This document shows, one piece after another, positions 9,611 through 19,887 of a stretch of DNA of 64,000 nucleotides (its first letter is position 1; each line of letters begins with the position of its first letter). Made by a program: the position numbers and the translations under genes. The notes beneath the pieces are model-generated. The model searched no databases and was not told the origin of the DNA. It saw nothing but the letters and a program-made list of their open reading frames with translations. Origin of the DNA: an uncultured bacterium. GTDB lineage: Bacteria > Chloroflexota > UBA5177 > JANWHV01. Where the stretch lies: the NCBI GenBank assembly GCA_963827235.1, contig CAWHAE010000009.1, forward strand, positions 768,001 to 832,000, in the 5' to 3' direction.

Positions 9611-10966
9611 ATGCAACAGGATTTATTGTCCGTCGAGGAAGTGGTTAGCCATGACGACACCAACGAGCACCGGTTCTATCCCTTTGTCATGCCGGCCGAT
9701 GCCACGTCTCTGCACTTGTCCTTCGAAGTAGCTCCGCGGCAGGTCGGCAGCTACGATCAGGCCATTGGCGTGTATCTGCACGATCCATCCGGCTTCCGGG
9801 GATCTCCCGGCCGCACGGACGCACCGCCGCGGCTGGGAGTGGGGAGCGCTACGCCGGGATTCGTGCCCGGCCCGCTCACACCTGGTACCTGGCAGGCCGA
9901 GGTGAGCCTGGGCTATGTTCTGGGAGGATCGCCCTGCACTTACCGGCTGCACGTCTGGCTCGACGACGATCCGGATGTCGGGATGCTCCCGTCGCCATGC
10001 TCTCTGCCTCTGGCCATACCAAACTTGGGACCCGGCTGGTACGCCGGCGACCTGCACATGCATACCCACCACTCCGACGGCCGGTGGTCGGCTGCCGATC
10101 TCTGGCGGGCGGTACGGGAACGCAACCTGGATTTCTTCGTGCTGACCGATCACAACACGCTGGCCGGGCACGCCGAGGTGGCTGCTCTGGCTGGGGGGGA
10201 TACCTTGCCCATCCCCGGCATCGAGGTGACGACGCTGCACGGGCACCTGCTGGCACTCGGCGTGGAAACGTGGATCGACTGGCGGGTCGGGTGGAATGGG
10301 CGGACCATCGACGACGTGGTCCGCGACGTGCACGCCAACGGCGGCGTGGCGATCATCGCCCACCCGGCTGCAGGCGCCAGTCCGGGCTGCCACGGCTGCC
10401 GGTGGGACCTGTTGGACGTCGACATGCGCGCGATCGATGGCGTGGAGGCATGGAATAACGGCTGGCCGGTAGACGACGACAACGAGCGCAATCTGCTCAT
10501 GTACGATGGCTGGCTTGGCCGTGGCTTTCGCGTACCGATCACCGGCGGCAGCGACGATCACGGCGACCTGCCCTCATTTGTACCCGGTGCCCCGACCACC
10601 TACGTGTATGCGACCGAGCTGAGCCGGGCCGGAATCCTGGATGGCATCAGGGCAGGGCACACGATGGTGAGCAGCGGACCTGCCATGCGTGCCTCGGCGA
10701 GCGCCGGTTCCACGGCCGGGCTGCCCGGCGACACCCTGCCGGCAGGCGAGCCGCTCCGCATAGACGCCCGCGTCACACACGTGACCGTACCCGCCTCGCT
10801 CCGCATCGTCGGGAGCGCGGGGCCCCTGGCGGCCGCGACCATCGATGGGGAAGGGGCCTGCTACTATGCTGCCGACAAGGCGGCCGCCGGCTGGTATCGT
10901 GCGGAGCTGCGGGCCGTGCATCGACAAGAGATGCTGGCCGTGACCAGTCCCTTCTTCGTGCGCTAG
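9611..10966 (+). CDS. PHP-domain metallohydrolase (CehA/McbA family), putative phosphoesterase
   Basis: GDLHMHTHHSDG, TDHNT, G.EVT...GH, AHP, GGSDDH. Start approximate. Confidence 0.85.
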   Translation: MQQDLLSVEEVVSHDDTNEHRFYPFVMPADATSLHLSFEVAPRQVGSYDQAIGVYLHDPSGFRGSPGRTDAPPRLGVGSATPGFVPGPLTPGTWQAEVSLGYVLGGSPCTYRLHVWLDDDPDVGMLPSPCSLPLAIPNLGPGWYAGDLHMHTHHSDGRWSAADLWRAVRERNLDFFVLTDHNTLAGHAEVAALAGGDTLPIPGIEVTTLHGHLLALGVETWIDWRVGWNGRTIDDVVRDVHANGGVAIIAHPAAGASPGCHGCRWDLLDVDMRAIDGVEAWNNGWPVDDDNERNLLMYDGWLGRGFRVPITGGSDDHGDLPSFVPGAPTTYVYATELSRAGILDGIRAGHTMVSSGPAMRASASAGSTAGLPGDTLPAGEPLRIDARVTHVTVPASLRIVGSAGPLAAATIDGEGACYYAADKAAAGWYRAELRAVHRQEMLAVTSPFFVR

Positions 10967-11006
10967 GCACGCTGCCGGGAGCGCGTCGGGCCGAGCCTCG
11001 ATGCCT

Positions 11007-11061
11007 CTTAACGTACTCCTTACACAAGCTTAATCGAGGCTTAAGGGACCGATGCTACTGT
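11007..11061 (+). promoter_or_regulatory. Four CTTA(A/C) direct repeats at ~11-bp period plus extended -10 (response-regulator/Pho-box-like site)
   Basis: CTTAA 11007, CTTAC 11019, CTTAA 11029, CTTAA 11040; TGcTACTGT at 11053-11061. Confidence 0.5.
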
Positions 11062-11269
11062 AGCTGGGGGATCCAGGGGTCGGAATCCCCCGCCACACCC
11101 GGCACATTGGTCGGCTACGGGATGCTTGCCGGCGACGGCACTTCCAGCTCGCCGCGGCTCTGCGATGTGCCGGCGCCCTCGACCGGCGCACGACGATCAC
11201 TCGTGGACGGGGTGGCGGCACGCCGGTTGCCGCCGTGTGCGGTCTGCCGCAGTAAGGAGAGTATCAGGG

Positions 11270-12618
11270 ATGGCCGATCTCAAGACACGTGGATCTCGCC
11301 TTCGGCTGGGTATCGCCGCCGTAGCATTGCCTGTCGCGGTGCTCGTATCATCGGTGCCGCCGCTGCAAGCGGCGTCCTCCCCGATCGTCATCGAGTTCTG
11401 GAATCCCACGAGCCCGGGACCGGGGAGCGTATCGGGCAACGCCATCAAGTACCTGGTCGATACCTTCAACAAGACCCATCCCGGCATCCTGGTCAAAGCC
11501 GACTACACGCCGACCGACAACAACTACGTGAAGTACACTACGGCCCTTACCTCCGGCAGCCCGCCGGATGCCATCATGACCTACGACTACTATCCGATGC
11601 CGATCTGGGCGGCGGATCACCTCATCCAACCTCTAGACAGCTACATTGCGCAGTATCACTTCAAGCTGCAGACCTACTTCGCCAATGTCTATGCCGGCAT
11701 GCGGTTCAACGGCCACATCTATGGCCTGCCGCAGCAGGTGGACGAGCCGTTGCTGGCGTGGAACAAGACGATGTTCAAGCAGGCAGGCCTCAACCCCGAC
11801 GTGCCGCCGCGGACCACGGATCAGCTCCTTCAGTACGCCATGAAGCTCACCAAGGTACAGAACGGGCAGATCACGCAGCTCGGCATGGCGCCCTCGGACT
11901 CGCAAGGCGACAGCGAGTGGATCTACTACTTCGGCGGCGGGCTCTTCGACCCGGCGAGCAAACAGATCACCGCCAATGCGGCGGCAAACATCAGCGCCTA
12001 CACGTGGCTGAAGAAGTTCTACGATGCGCTGGGCGGCTACGACAAGATCACTGCCTGGTACCAGGCCGCCAGCAAGGCGAACGATCCCTTCGTGTTGGGC
12101 AAGCAGGCCATGGAGCTGATGGGCGAATACCAGCCGTCGTACATGCCGATCCAGGCGCCCAACTGAAGTACGGGGTAGCGCCCGTTCCCACCGGACCGGG
12201 CGTTGCCTACGACAGTGTCACCGTGGCACCGGCCGGGAACTTCTTCGTGCTGCCCAACAACGCATCTCACCCCAAGGAAGCGCTGGAGTTCCTCACCTGG
12301 ATGGCCTCGCCGTTCGCAGTGAACTACTGGTGCGTCGTGGAAGGCAATCTCCCGCCTTCGGCCGGCGACGCCTTCGGGTCGGCCTTCTGGAACGCGGCAC
12401 CTAAGCTCCGCCCCTGGATTTCGGCGCTCAAGCAGGCAAAGACGGTTGCCGCCGTGCCTGCCATCTCCACCTTCAACTTTCTGTACAACACGCTGAACAC
12501 GGTCAGCCAGGAGATCCTCTACGGGCGGGTCTCGCCTTCGCAGGGTTTGAATCAGCTGCAGTCGGAAACGACGCAGAACGAGCGCCAGTTCACCTCGACA
12601 CATCCCGGGTGGCAGTGA
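11270..12618 (+). CDS. Carbohydrate ABC transporter substrate-binding protein (one frameshift near 12163)
   Basis: Signal peptide; FNK.HP.I.V, G.IYGLP, WNK.MFK.AGL.P..PP.T. The frame stops at aac-tga but continues as LKYGVAPVP in another frame; one missing C restores it. Confidence 0.85.
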
Positions 12619-12727
12619 AAGCCTTGCCCCGCGCTCGTTGCGCCCTTCGCCGCGACGGCCGCGGGGCGGCGCACTTTCCATGCGACCCGGGCGCCGCGTC
12701 TGAGCAGCGGCGAAGGATGATGTCGGC

Positions 12728-13608
12728 ATGTTGAGAAGCAGAGCTGCCAAGCGCAGGCTGAACGTGGCACTGTTCCTCGGCCCTGGGTCGATTGGTGTGC
12801 TGGCCTTCACCGTCTATCCCGTGATGGCTTCCCTGTACTACAGCTTCACGAATACAGTCTTGGCATGCCGCCGGTATGGATCGGTACCGCCAACTGGTCG
12901 GCGATGTTCAGCGATCCGCTCTTCGGCACCGCCCTGGGCAACACACATCTACTACACGGTGTGCGCCGTGCCGCTGCAGTTGGTCGATGGCGCTGCTCGT
13001 GGCGCTGACGCTGAACACCAAGCTGTTCGCTCGCGGCGTCTTCCGCACGGTAATCTATCTGCCCACCCTCGTACCCAGCGTGGCGAACGCCATTCTCTGG
13101 CTCGCCCTGTTTGATCCATTCGGCGGCCTGATCGACCGCATTCTCGGCGATGCTGCACCTGCCTCAGCCGCTCTGGCTTCAGTCGCCCACCGCGGCGATG
13201 CCGGCGCTCATACTGATGAGCACCTGGGGTACTGGGGGCACGATCGTGATTTTGCTCGCCGGTTTGCAGGACGTGCCGAAACACCTCTACGAACAGGGCA
13301 TGATCGATGGCGCGGGGGCGTTCCGGCTCTTCTGGCACGTCACGCTGCCCATCATCTCGCCGATCGTGCTGTTCAACGCGATCACCGGCATCATAGGCTC
13401 CATGCAGACGTTCGCCGAGCCGTACCTGATGACCCAGGGTGGCCCCATGAATGCAACGCTCCTCTACTCGCTCTATCTGTTCCAGAATGCCTTTCAGTAC
13501 CTCAACATGGGATACGCCTCGACCCTTGCCTGGTTCCTGTTCGCCATGATCTTCCTGCTTACTTTGCTCGCCCTGTGGGTATCAAGACGACTCGTCTATT
13601 ACCGTTGA
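12728..13608 (+). CDS. Carbohydrate ABC transporter permease (about 4 single-base frameshifts)
   Basis: Pieces reassemble to P....L.F..YP...SLYYSFT.Y...WIG..NW..MFSDPLF..ALGNT...FRT..YLP...LAGLQDVP..LYE...IDGA (EAA motif). Confidence 0.85.
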
Positions 13609-13727
13609 AACCAAGTGACGCCGGGATGCACATGTCGTGAAGTCGAACGGATGCCCCAGGAGTCGTGCTCGGCAACCCGCCGCGGCGGGTGCGCCGACTT
13701 GACGCGATCTGAGCTTGGGACGGGTTC

Positions 13728-14612
13728 ATGAGCTACGGGAGTGACGTTCAGGCGGCGGTGCTGGGTCGCTCTAGAAGCGGTCCTCGCAGGAGCCGCCGGC
13801 TGCGGCGGAGCCTGCTCACGGCGCTTGCCGTTCTTGCCTGTGCGCCGTTCGTGATTCCGCTGCTATGGATGGTGAGCGCCTCGCTCCTGCCCGAGGCAGA
13901 CGTGACGGCGGGCCTGGCACTGATTCCATATCCGCCGCAATGGCACAACTATCCGGACGCTCTGCAGTTCTTCCCTGCTTACCACTATCTGCTCAATACT
14001 CTGCAGATCGCCGTGCCTGCCACGCTGGGCACCGTGCTCAGCACATCCTGGATCGCCTACGGCTTCGCGAATCTGCAGTGGAAAGGCAGAGAGCCGGCGT
14101 TCCTCGTCGTGCTCGGACTGATGATGATCCCCAGCTGGGTGACGCTGATACCCCTGTACGTGGTCTTCGTCAAGATTCACTGGGTAAACACCTATCTACC
14201 GCTCATCGTGCCGAGCTGGTTCGGCGCCGGCTCGTTCTACATCTTCCTGTTCCGGCAGTTCTTTCTGCGCCAGCCAGCCGAGCTACTCGACGCCGCGCGC
14301 ATAGACGGCGCGTCCGAGCCGCGCATCTACTGGCAGATCGTGCTGCCGCTGGCCAAGCCCGCCGTGGCCGTAGCCGCGCTGTTCGCCCTGGTCGGCAACT
14401 GGACGGACTTCCTTGGCCCGCTCATCTATCTCAACGATCCGTCGAAGTACACGCTGATGCTCGGGCTCGCCTCCTACAAGGACGAGCACATGACCTTTCT
14501 CAACCTCATGATGGCCGCCAGCGCCACGGTCATCGCGCCCATCTTCATCCTGTTTCTCTTCATGCAGCGCTTCTTCCGCGAAGGTCTGCAGCTCACCGGG
14601 CTCGTCGCCTGA
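13728..14612 (+). CDS. Carbohydrate ABC transporter permease
   Basis: EL.DAARIDGAS...I...I.LPL.KP EAA motif; W.DFLGPLIYL. Confidence 0.92.
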   Translation: MSYGSDVQAAVLGRSRSGPRRSRRLRRSLLTALAVLACAPFVIPLLWMVSASLLPEADVTAGLALIPYPPQWHNYPDALQFFPAYHYLLNTLQIAVPATLGTVLSTSWIAYGFANLQWKGREPAFLVVLGLMMIPSWVTLIPLYVVFVKIHWVNTYLPLIVPSWFGAGSFYIFLFRQFFLRQPAELLDAARIDGASEPRIYWQIVLPLAKPAVAVAALFALVGNWTDFLGPLIYLNDPSKYTLMLGLASYKDEHMTFLNLMMAASATVIAPIFILFLFMQRFFREGLQLTGLVA

Positions 14613-14693
14613 GCACGCGACCCGATTCTTCGGCGCGATACCGGCGCGTCTATATGCGTCCTGCATGGGTCCGGGCGATGCTATAGTACGCGA

Positions 14694-15218
14694 ATGGGCG
14701 TGGGCATTCGGGACTACCGCAGCGGCGATCGCGCGCAGATCGTGGCGCTCTTCGAGCGGTTCTACGACGACCTGATCGTCCTCGATCACGAGCAGAGACT
14801 TCGCCGCCTGGCCGGGTACGGCGAGTTCATCGCGGACAAGACGGTCGCCGTGGTAGAGCAGCGGAACGGCGCGTTCTACGTCGCGGTCGACGGAGAGACG
14901 ATCGCCGGTTTCGTGGTCGGCGTCGTCCTCGAGCAGGACGAGGAGCAGTGGCTCGGCGTCATTCCGTCGCTCGTGGGCCGCATCACGGAGCTGTACGTCG
15001 ACGCAGCCTACCGCCGGCGGGGGCTGGCCACGCGGCTCATGCGTCTTGCCGAAAGCTACCTCGCCCGTCGCCGCTGCGACGCCGTCCGTGTGGAAGTCTT
15101 CGTGCCGAACGTGCCTGCCCGCATGCTGTACGCCGCGCTCGGCTACGTGGAGCGCGATATCGAGCTGTTCAAGCGCCTGCGACCGCCGGACGCACCCGGC
15201 GATCAGGTGCGAGCGTGA
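14694..15218 (+). CDS. GNAT family N-acetyltransferase, probably leaderless
   Basis: LYVD.AYRRRGLAT.LM, N.PA..LY..LGY. TGcTATAGT (14679-14687) lies 6 nt before the ATG. Confidence 0.87.
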   Translation: MGVGIRDYRSGDRAQIVALFERFYDDLIVLDHEQRLRRLAGYGEFIADKTVAVVEQRNGAFYVAVDGETIAGFVVGVVLEQDEEQWLGVIPSLVGRITELYVDAAYRRRGLATRLMRLAESYLARRRCDAVRVEVFVPNVPARMLYAALGYVERDIELFKRLRPPDAPGDQVRA

Positions 15219-15261
15219 GCAGTCGGCGGCGCGGTGACGCGCATGCGCGGCACCGGCAGCG

Positions 15262-16629
15262 TCAATCTCCCAGGTTGACGATCAAGCACCTGCCGCAGAG
15301 CGGCACTCCGCCCCAGAGCGCGTATCGATGATCCAGCCCGTAGACACGCGGGTGGCCGCGGGAGTAGAAGGCTGCCCGAGCGGTGGTCCCATACGATTGG
15401 GCGACGAGGTACGTGGGCGTCGGTCCATTGTAGGGTGCGGTGCTCAGGATCTCGGTGACCTCCTTCCCCAGGGGCGGGCCGCTCGTGGTCGGGTCGACCA
15501 GGCCCTGCACGATGCAGCTGTCCACCGGCACCAGCGCTTCGCCCGCCACCAGGGAACCGGCAACCACACCGGCCGGGAGCGCGCTGCCCAGGAAGATGTC
15601 GGTGGTGACGATCAGCACGGCCGTCCGCGGGCGCCGGCGCGGCGCCAGGGCGTCGACCAGCCGCCCGCCCAGGATGCCGCAGGCGACGGCTGCCGAGAGA
15701 TACGCCGGCAGCGTCCAGTGCTCCATGCCGTTGACGAGTAGAAAGAAGGCAAAGGTACCCAGCCCGCTGAGGCCGAGCGCGATCAGCATGGTATCGCCGC
15801 GGCGCAATCCGAACGCGAGCGCGGCCAGGATGCCCACGCCAAAGACCACAAGCCCGAACGGCATGACGATACCTGCCTGCACGCCCAGAGGTATGCCTGA
15901 ATCTGATCCCAGAGAGCCATGCCGCTCGGCGCCTGGGCCTGTCCATGCGCGAGCTGGAACGACATCGTGACCCAGCCGTGCGTGGCATTCCAGAGCACAT
16001 TGGGCGCGAAGACCAGGGCGGCAACAGCCGCGGCGGCATACGGTGCCGGGCGACCGAGCCACCAGCGGCCGCGTGCCGTGGCCAGCATGGCCAGGAGAAT
16101 CGCCGGCAGGAGCAGCACGACCGTGTACTTACTCTCCAGACCGCAGCCAAACGCCAGCCCGCACAGCACCCATTCCCGATAGCGGCTCCCGGCCAGGGCG
16201 CGTTGCAGCGCGGCCAGCGTAGCCGCCCACCAGAACAAGGCCAGCCCGTCCGGCGTGGCCAGGGCACTCCTGGCGACGAAGGGCGGTCCGACGAGCACGA
16301 GCAATGCTACCAGCATGCCGCCGGACCGGCCGCCGGCGCGGCTTCCGAGGTCGTAGGCGAGCGCCACCAGAGCGATGCCGAATACCGCCCACCAGAAGCG
16401 CACCCAGAACTCCGAGGGGCTCCACAGGAGGGTGCTGCTACGGATCAGCCAGGCAATCCGGGGGGTGATCGTAGTAGCCGAACGCCAGATGCCGCGACCA
16501 GTCCCAGTAGTACGCCTCATCGGGCATCAGTCCGAAGGCACCTATCCAGGTGAGGCGCGACACGGCAGTAACGGCCAGCAATGCCGGGACCGGCCGCCGC
16601 GTGACGATCGTGCTGAGACGAGAGACCAT
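15262..16629 (-). CDS. Glycosyltransferase family 39 (ArnT/PMT-like) membrane protein, frameshifted near 16460 and 15890
   Basis: DEAYYW.WSR.L..GYYDHPP, TPD...L, GL.SKYT, P...WNA.HGW....FQ spread over three frames. Confidence 0.8.
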
Positions 16630-16855
16630 GGCACCGACGCGATCCCCCCGATTTCTCGAGACCGGCTCCGCGGCGCGCACGATGCATCGCCCGCTTGCGC
16701 TATACCAACTGTATCTATTCCTTCCCGCCAGCGGCAGCTCGTGTGCTATGCTGGGAGGCGAACGAGCCATGCCGCTCATGCATTCGCGGTCGGGCTCTAT
16801 CCGGCGATGCTTCGACACAGGGGTCTACTGATGGGCAGTATGTTGGCACGGACAA

Positions 16856-17238
16856 GCGAATCCGACCTCCGAAGCAGATCTCAACCTGGCAGCGGGCAAG
16901 GGCTGGTCCTATGCCCACGCCGGCGTAAGGAGTACGTGGTGCTTGATCCGTCCGGCCTGTATATGCGAGTGCCTCTGCGCGCCTGGCATCTGGTCGACGG
17001 GGAGTATCTGGAAGCGGTCGTGGCTGCCGAAGGTATCTGGTGGAGCCGGGAGCTTCCCCTGGGCATCGGCTTTCACGACGAGCAGGCAGCGGTATTCGAT
17101 CGCGCCGGCCGGCGCCAACTGCGGGAGGGTGAGATCTCAACCCACGTGGCTCGGCAGGAGGCCGGGGTGGCGGAGCTGCGGCGCCGCCTCGAGGAGCTCG
17201 AGCGGCGACAGGCTGCGCGTGTGGAGGCGAGCCGGTAG
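16856..17238 (+). pseudogene. C-terminal remnant of a Uma2-family (PD-(D/E)XK) endonuclease
   Basis: ...DLNL..GK.WSYA.AGV / EYVVLDP.G...RAW.L.DG.Y...G.W.S.EL...RRQLREGE plus coiled-coil tail; frameshift near 16928; no N-terminal half or credible start. Confidence 0.6.
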
Positions 17239-17373
17239 CGCCGGTACCGTGGGCAGCCAAGCTTGTATGCTGGATTGCGGCAAGCCGCGGCTACTCGTAC
17301 CTTCTTGACGCACCGTCATCCACGGTATCGTCCCAGGCAGAAACGAGCGGTTGGGAAGCAAGAATAGCCAAGC

Positions 17374-19287
17374 ATGAGCCAACAGAACACCGGCGCTCAA
17401 GAGCGGGTGCCTGCCACCCAGCGGCCGGCGGTGAGCACGACGGCGCCGGGGAGTCTGCCGGCGGAGGCGCTTCGCGATCGCGCCGGCGCTCAGCGCTGGC
17501 AGTTGCGGCACGACAACGAGACCGATCCCCTGGGTCCGGCGCCGGGACAGGCAGTAGAAGTGCGGGCATCGTCGGGCGAGCGCCTGCCCGTGGGCCGGGC
17601 CTCCATCTTCTTTACCGTCGACGGCTCGAAACCGGCCATCGACTCCGCCGCCGTGCCGATGCGTCGCGCCGCGGTCGATTGGGACCGCGACGCCGGCTTC
17701 CTGACGCGCTGGCTCGGCATACTGCCGGCGCAGCCGGCCGGTACGATCGTACGCTACCGCATCGGCGCCTGGCGCCACGCCGGGGCCGGGTCCACCGCCG
17801 AGCCGGACTGGTGGGCCCAGGATGGGCAGGGATTCTGGTACAAGCACGCAGGCGACGCCGGCATCACCACGTTTGCCTACCGGGTGGAGACCGGCGAAGA
17901 AGCGTGTCCCGACTGGGCGCGCGATGCCGTGATCTACCAGATCTTTCTTGACCGCTTTCACCCGGGCACCACGGACGGAGCGTTTGCGGACAAGGCCGGC
18001 CCGCACGCCCTGCACGGCGGCACACTGGAGGGCGTGCGGCGAGCGCTCCCCTACCTGGAGGATCTCGGCATCACCTGCATCTGGCTCTCTCCCTTCTGCG
18101 CTTCCCCGTCGTATCACCGGTATGATGCCGCCGATCTCTACACCGTCGACCCCAATCTCGGCACGAACGAAGACATGCGCCGGCTCACCGGCGACGCCCA
18201 CGCCCGCGGCATGCGCGTGATGATGGATTTTGTGCCGGCGCATTGCTCGCGTCTGCACCCGGCCTTCGTGGAGGCGCAAAAGGACCGGTCGGCCGCCACC
18301 GCGAGCTGGTTCTATTTCACGGAGTGGCCTCGCGGCTACCGCTGCTTCCTCGATAGGTCGCCGTCGCTCCCCTCCTTCAACGGCGACGACGAGGGCGCTC
18401 GCCGATACCTGATTCATAATGCCCTGTACTGGGCCGGTGATTACGGCGTCGATGCGTTTCGTCTCGACCATGCCATCGGCTTGAGCATGGATTTCTGGGT
18501 CGCCTTCCGCGATGCCACGCGGTCCGCGCGGCCGGACATCTTCACGGTGGGAGAGGCGACCGACACGCCGGACAGCCTGCGCCGGTACCGCGGACGCCTG
18601 GATGCGATACTCGACTTTCCACTTGCTGCCATGCTCAGGGAGACCTTCAGCGGACCGGCCGGCGATGTGGCGGCTCTCGACGGCTTTCTCACCGCGTATC
18701 TCCAGTATCTGGCCGGTGGCCCGGCCGGCGTCGGATTCCTCGACAACCACGACATGAACCGCTTCCTCTTCCTGGCCAATGGAGACGTCGAGCGGCTCAA
18801 GGTCGCGGCACTCTGCCTGTTCACGCTGCCGGCCACGCCCGTCATCTACTACGGCACGGAGATCGCTCTGCCGCAGCTGCACGACATAGCGGCGCCCGGC
18901 TCGACCGGCGACGCGGAGGTGCGCACCGACATGCCGTGGAGCAAAGACCGCTGGAATCTCGGCGTCCACGCGAGCTTCCGCGACCTGGTCGCTCTGCGCC
19001 GCCGCTCCGAAGCGCTGCGGCGAGGGGCATGGCAATCCGCCTACGTGGGAGAAGAAACGCGGACATATGTCTATCGCCGAACCATTGTCGGCGATCCCCG
19101 CGCCGAGATGCTGATCGCCTTCAACATCGGCGATCGGCGGAGCGCGGCACCGCTCGGCACTGCCGGGCCATATCGGGTTGTCTACGCCACGCGCGACGCC
19201 GCAGCCGTGCGGCTGGACCAGGCTGCCGGCTCCGTGACACTGCCCCCCGTCTGCGGAGCAGTCCTGTCGGCCGCGACCATATCCTGA
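17374..19287 (+). CDS. GH13 alpha-amylase family (neopullulanase/cyclomaltodextrinase-like)
   Basis: W...AVIYQIF.DRF, GG.L.G....L.YL..LG...IWL.P, catalytic FRLD / GE / FLDNHD, P.IYYG.E. Confidence 0.92.
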   Translation: MSQQNTGAQERVPATQRPAVSTTAPGSLPAEALRDRAGAQRWQLRHDNETDPLGPAPGQAVEVRASSGERLPVGRASIFFTVDGSKPAIDSAAVPMRRAAVDWDRDAGFLTRWLGILPAQPAGTIVRYRIGAWRHAGAGSTAEPDWWAQDGQGFWYKHAGDAGITTFAYRVETGEEACPDWARDAVIYQIFLDRFHPGTTDGAFADKAGPHALHGGTLEGVRRALPYLEDLGITCIWLSPFCASPSYHRYDAADLYTVDPNLGTNEDMRRLTGDAHARGMRVMMDFVPAHCSRLHPAFVEAQKDRSAATASWFYFTEWPRGYRCFLDRSPSLPSFNGDDEGARRYLIHNALYWAGDYGVDAFRLDHAIGLSMDFWVAFRDATRSARPDIFTVGEATDTPDSLRRYRGRLDAILDFPLAAMLRETFSGPAGDVAALDGFLTAYLQYLAGGPAGVGFLDNHDMNRFLFLANGDVERLKVAALCLFTLPATPVIYYGTEIALPQLHDIAAPGSTGDAEVRTDMPWSKDRWNLGVHASFRDLVALRRRSEALRRGAWQSAYVGEETRTYVYRRTIVGDPRAEMLIAFNIGDRRSAAPLGTAGPYRVVYATRDAAAVRLDQAAGSVTLPPVCGAVLSAATIS

Positions 19288-19333
19288 CACGGCAGGCATG
19301 AGGTCCGGCTGAGCGGCCGACCGGCGCGGCCGT

Positions 19334-19389
19334 CCATCATCTAACTGTCATTTTTGGGTCATAAGCCGATCATCGTGATGGCCTATGCT
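19334..19389 (+). promoter_or_regulatory. Four TCAT-core direct repeats at exact 11-bp period plus -10 (OmpR/PhoB-type operator)
   Basis: TCAT at 19337, 19348, 19359 and 19370 (one unit is CTGTCAT); TATGCT at 19384-19389. Confidence 0.55.
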
Positions 19390-19469
19390 GAAGTCGTGCC
19401 GATGCAGGGGAGAAACGCCCGGTCAGGCGACCTGCATCGGCCCGGCAAAGCACTCATCAGGAGAAATCG

Positions 19470-19868
19470 ATGATTACGGCAGCGGAACAGACCGTGCGGT
19501 CCGGCTCGGGCATGAGATCGGCTCTGCCGCCGAACGCCGGCGCGGTGAGGGCGCCGGCCCGCGCGAGTGGTGTCTCGGAGCAGCAGCAGCGCAAGAGCCA
19601 GGCCCTGCAGCGGTTGCCCGGACTGAAGCAGAGTATTATCCTGGCCAGCATGGCGGCATTCAGCGTTTTCAGCCTGCTGGTCGGCAGTCATCAGATCGGC
19701 AGCAGCGCAACGGCGTCGTCCAGGCTGAGCGGATCCGTCACGCAGGCGCAATCGAGCCAGAGTCAGCAACCGGGGGACTCAGGCTACTTCAGTCAGAATC
19801 AAGGAGGCTATAGCTTTGGCTCAGGCGGTTCATCCCAGGCGCCGGTTGCCGGATCCGGAACCTCCTGA
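19470..19868 (+). CDS. Small single-TM protein with S/G/Q-rich tail ending APVAGSGTS
   Basis: SD AGGAG; hydrophobic stretch IILASMAAFSVFSLLVG; directly precedes apbE. Confidence 0.7.
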   Translation: MITAAEQTVRSGSGMRSALPPNAGAVRAPARASGVSEQQQRKSQALQRLPGLKQSIILASMAAFSVFSLLVGSHQIGSSATASSRLSGSVTQAQSSQSQQPGDSGYFSQNQGGYSFGSGGSSQAPVAGSGTS

Positions 19869-19887
19869 CCTAGCCGTCCCTCCGGGG

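Noticed and set aside
12160-13150. Programmed ribosomal frameshifting in the ABC genes (and in rny/ymdB)
   Set aside because: Multiple shifts per gene, no slippery heptamers, and clustering by region point to sequencing error or decay.
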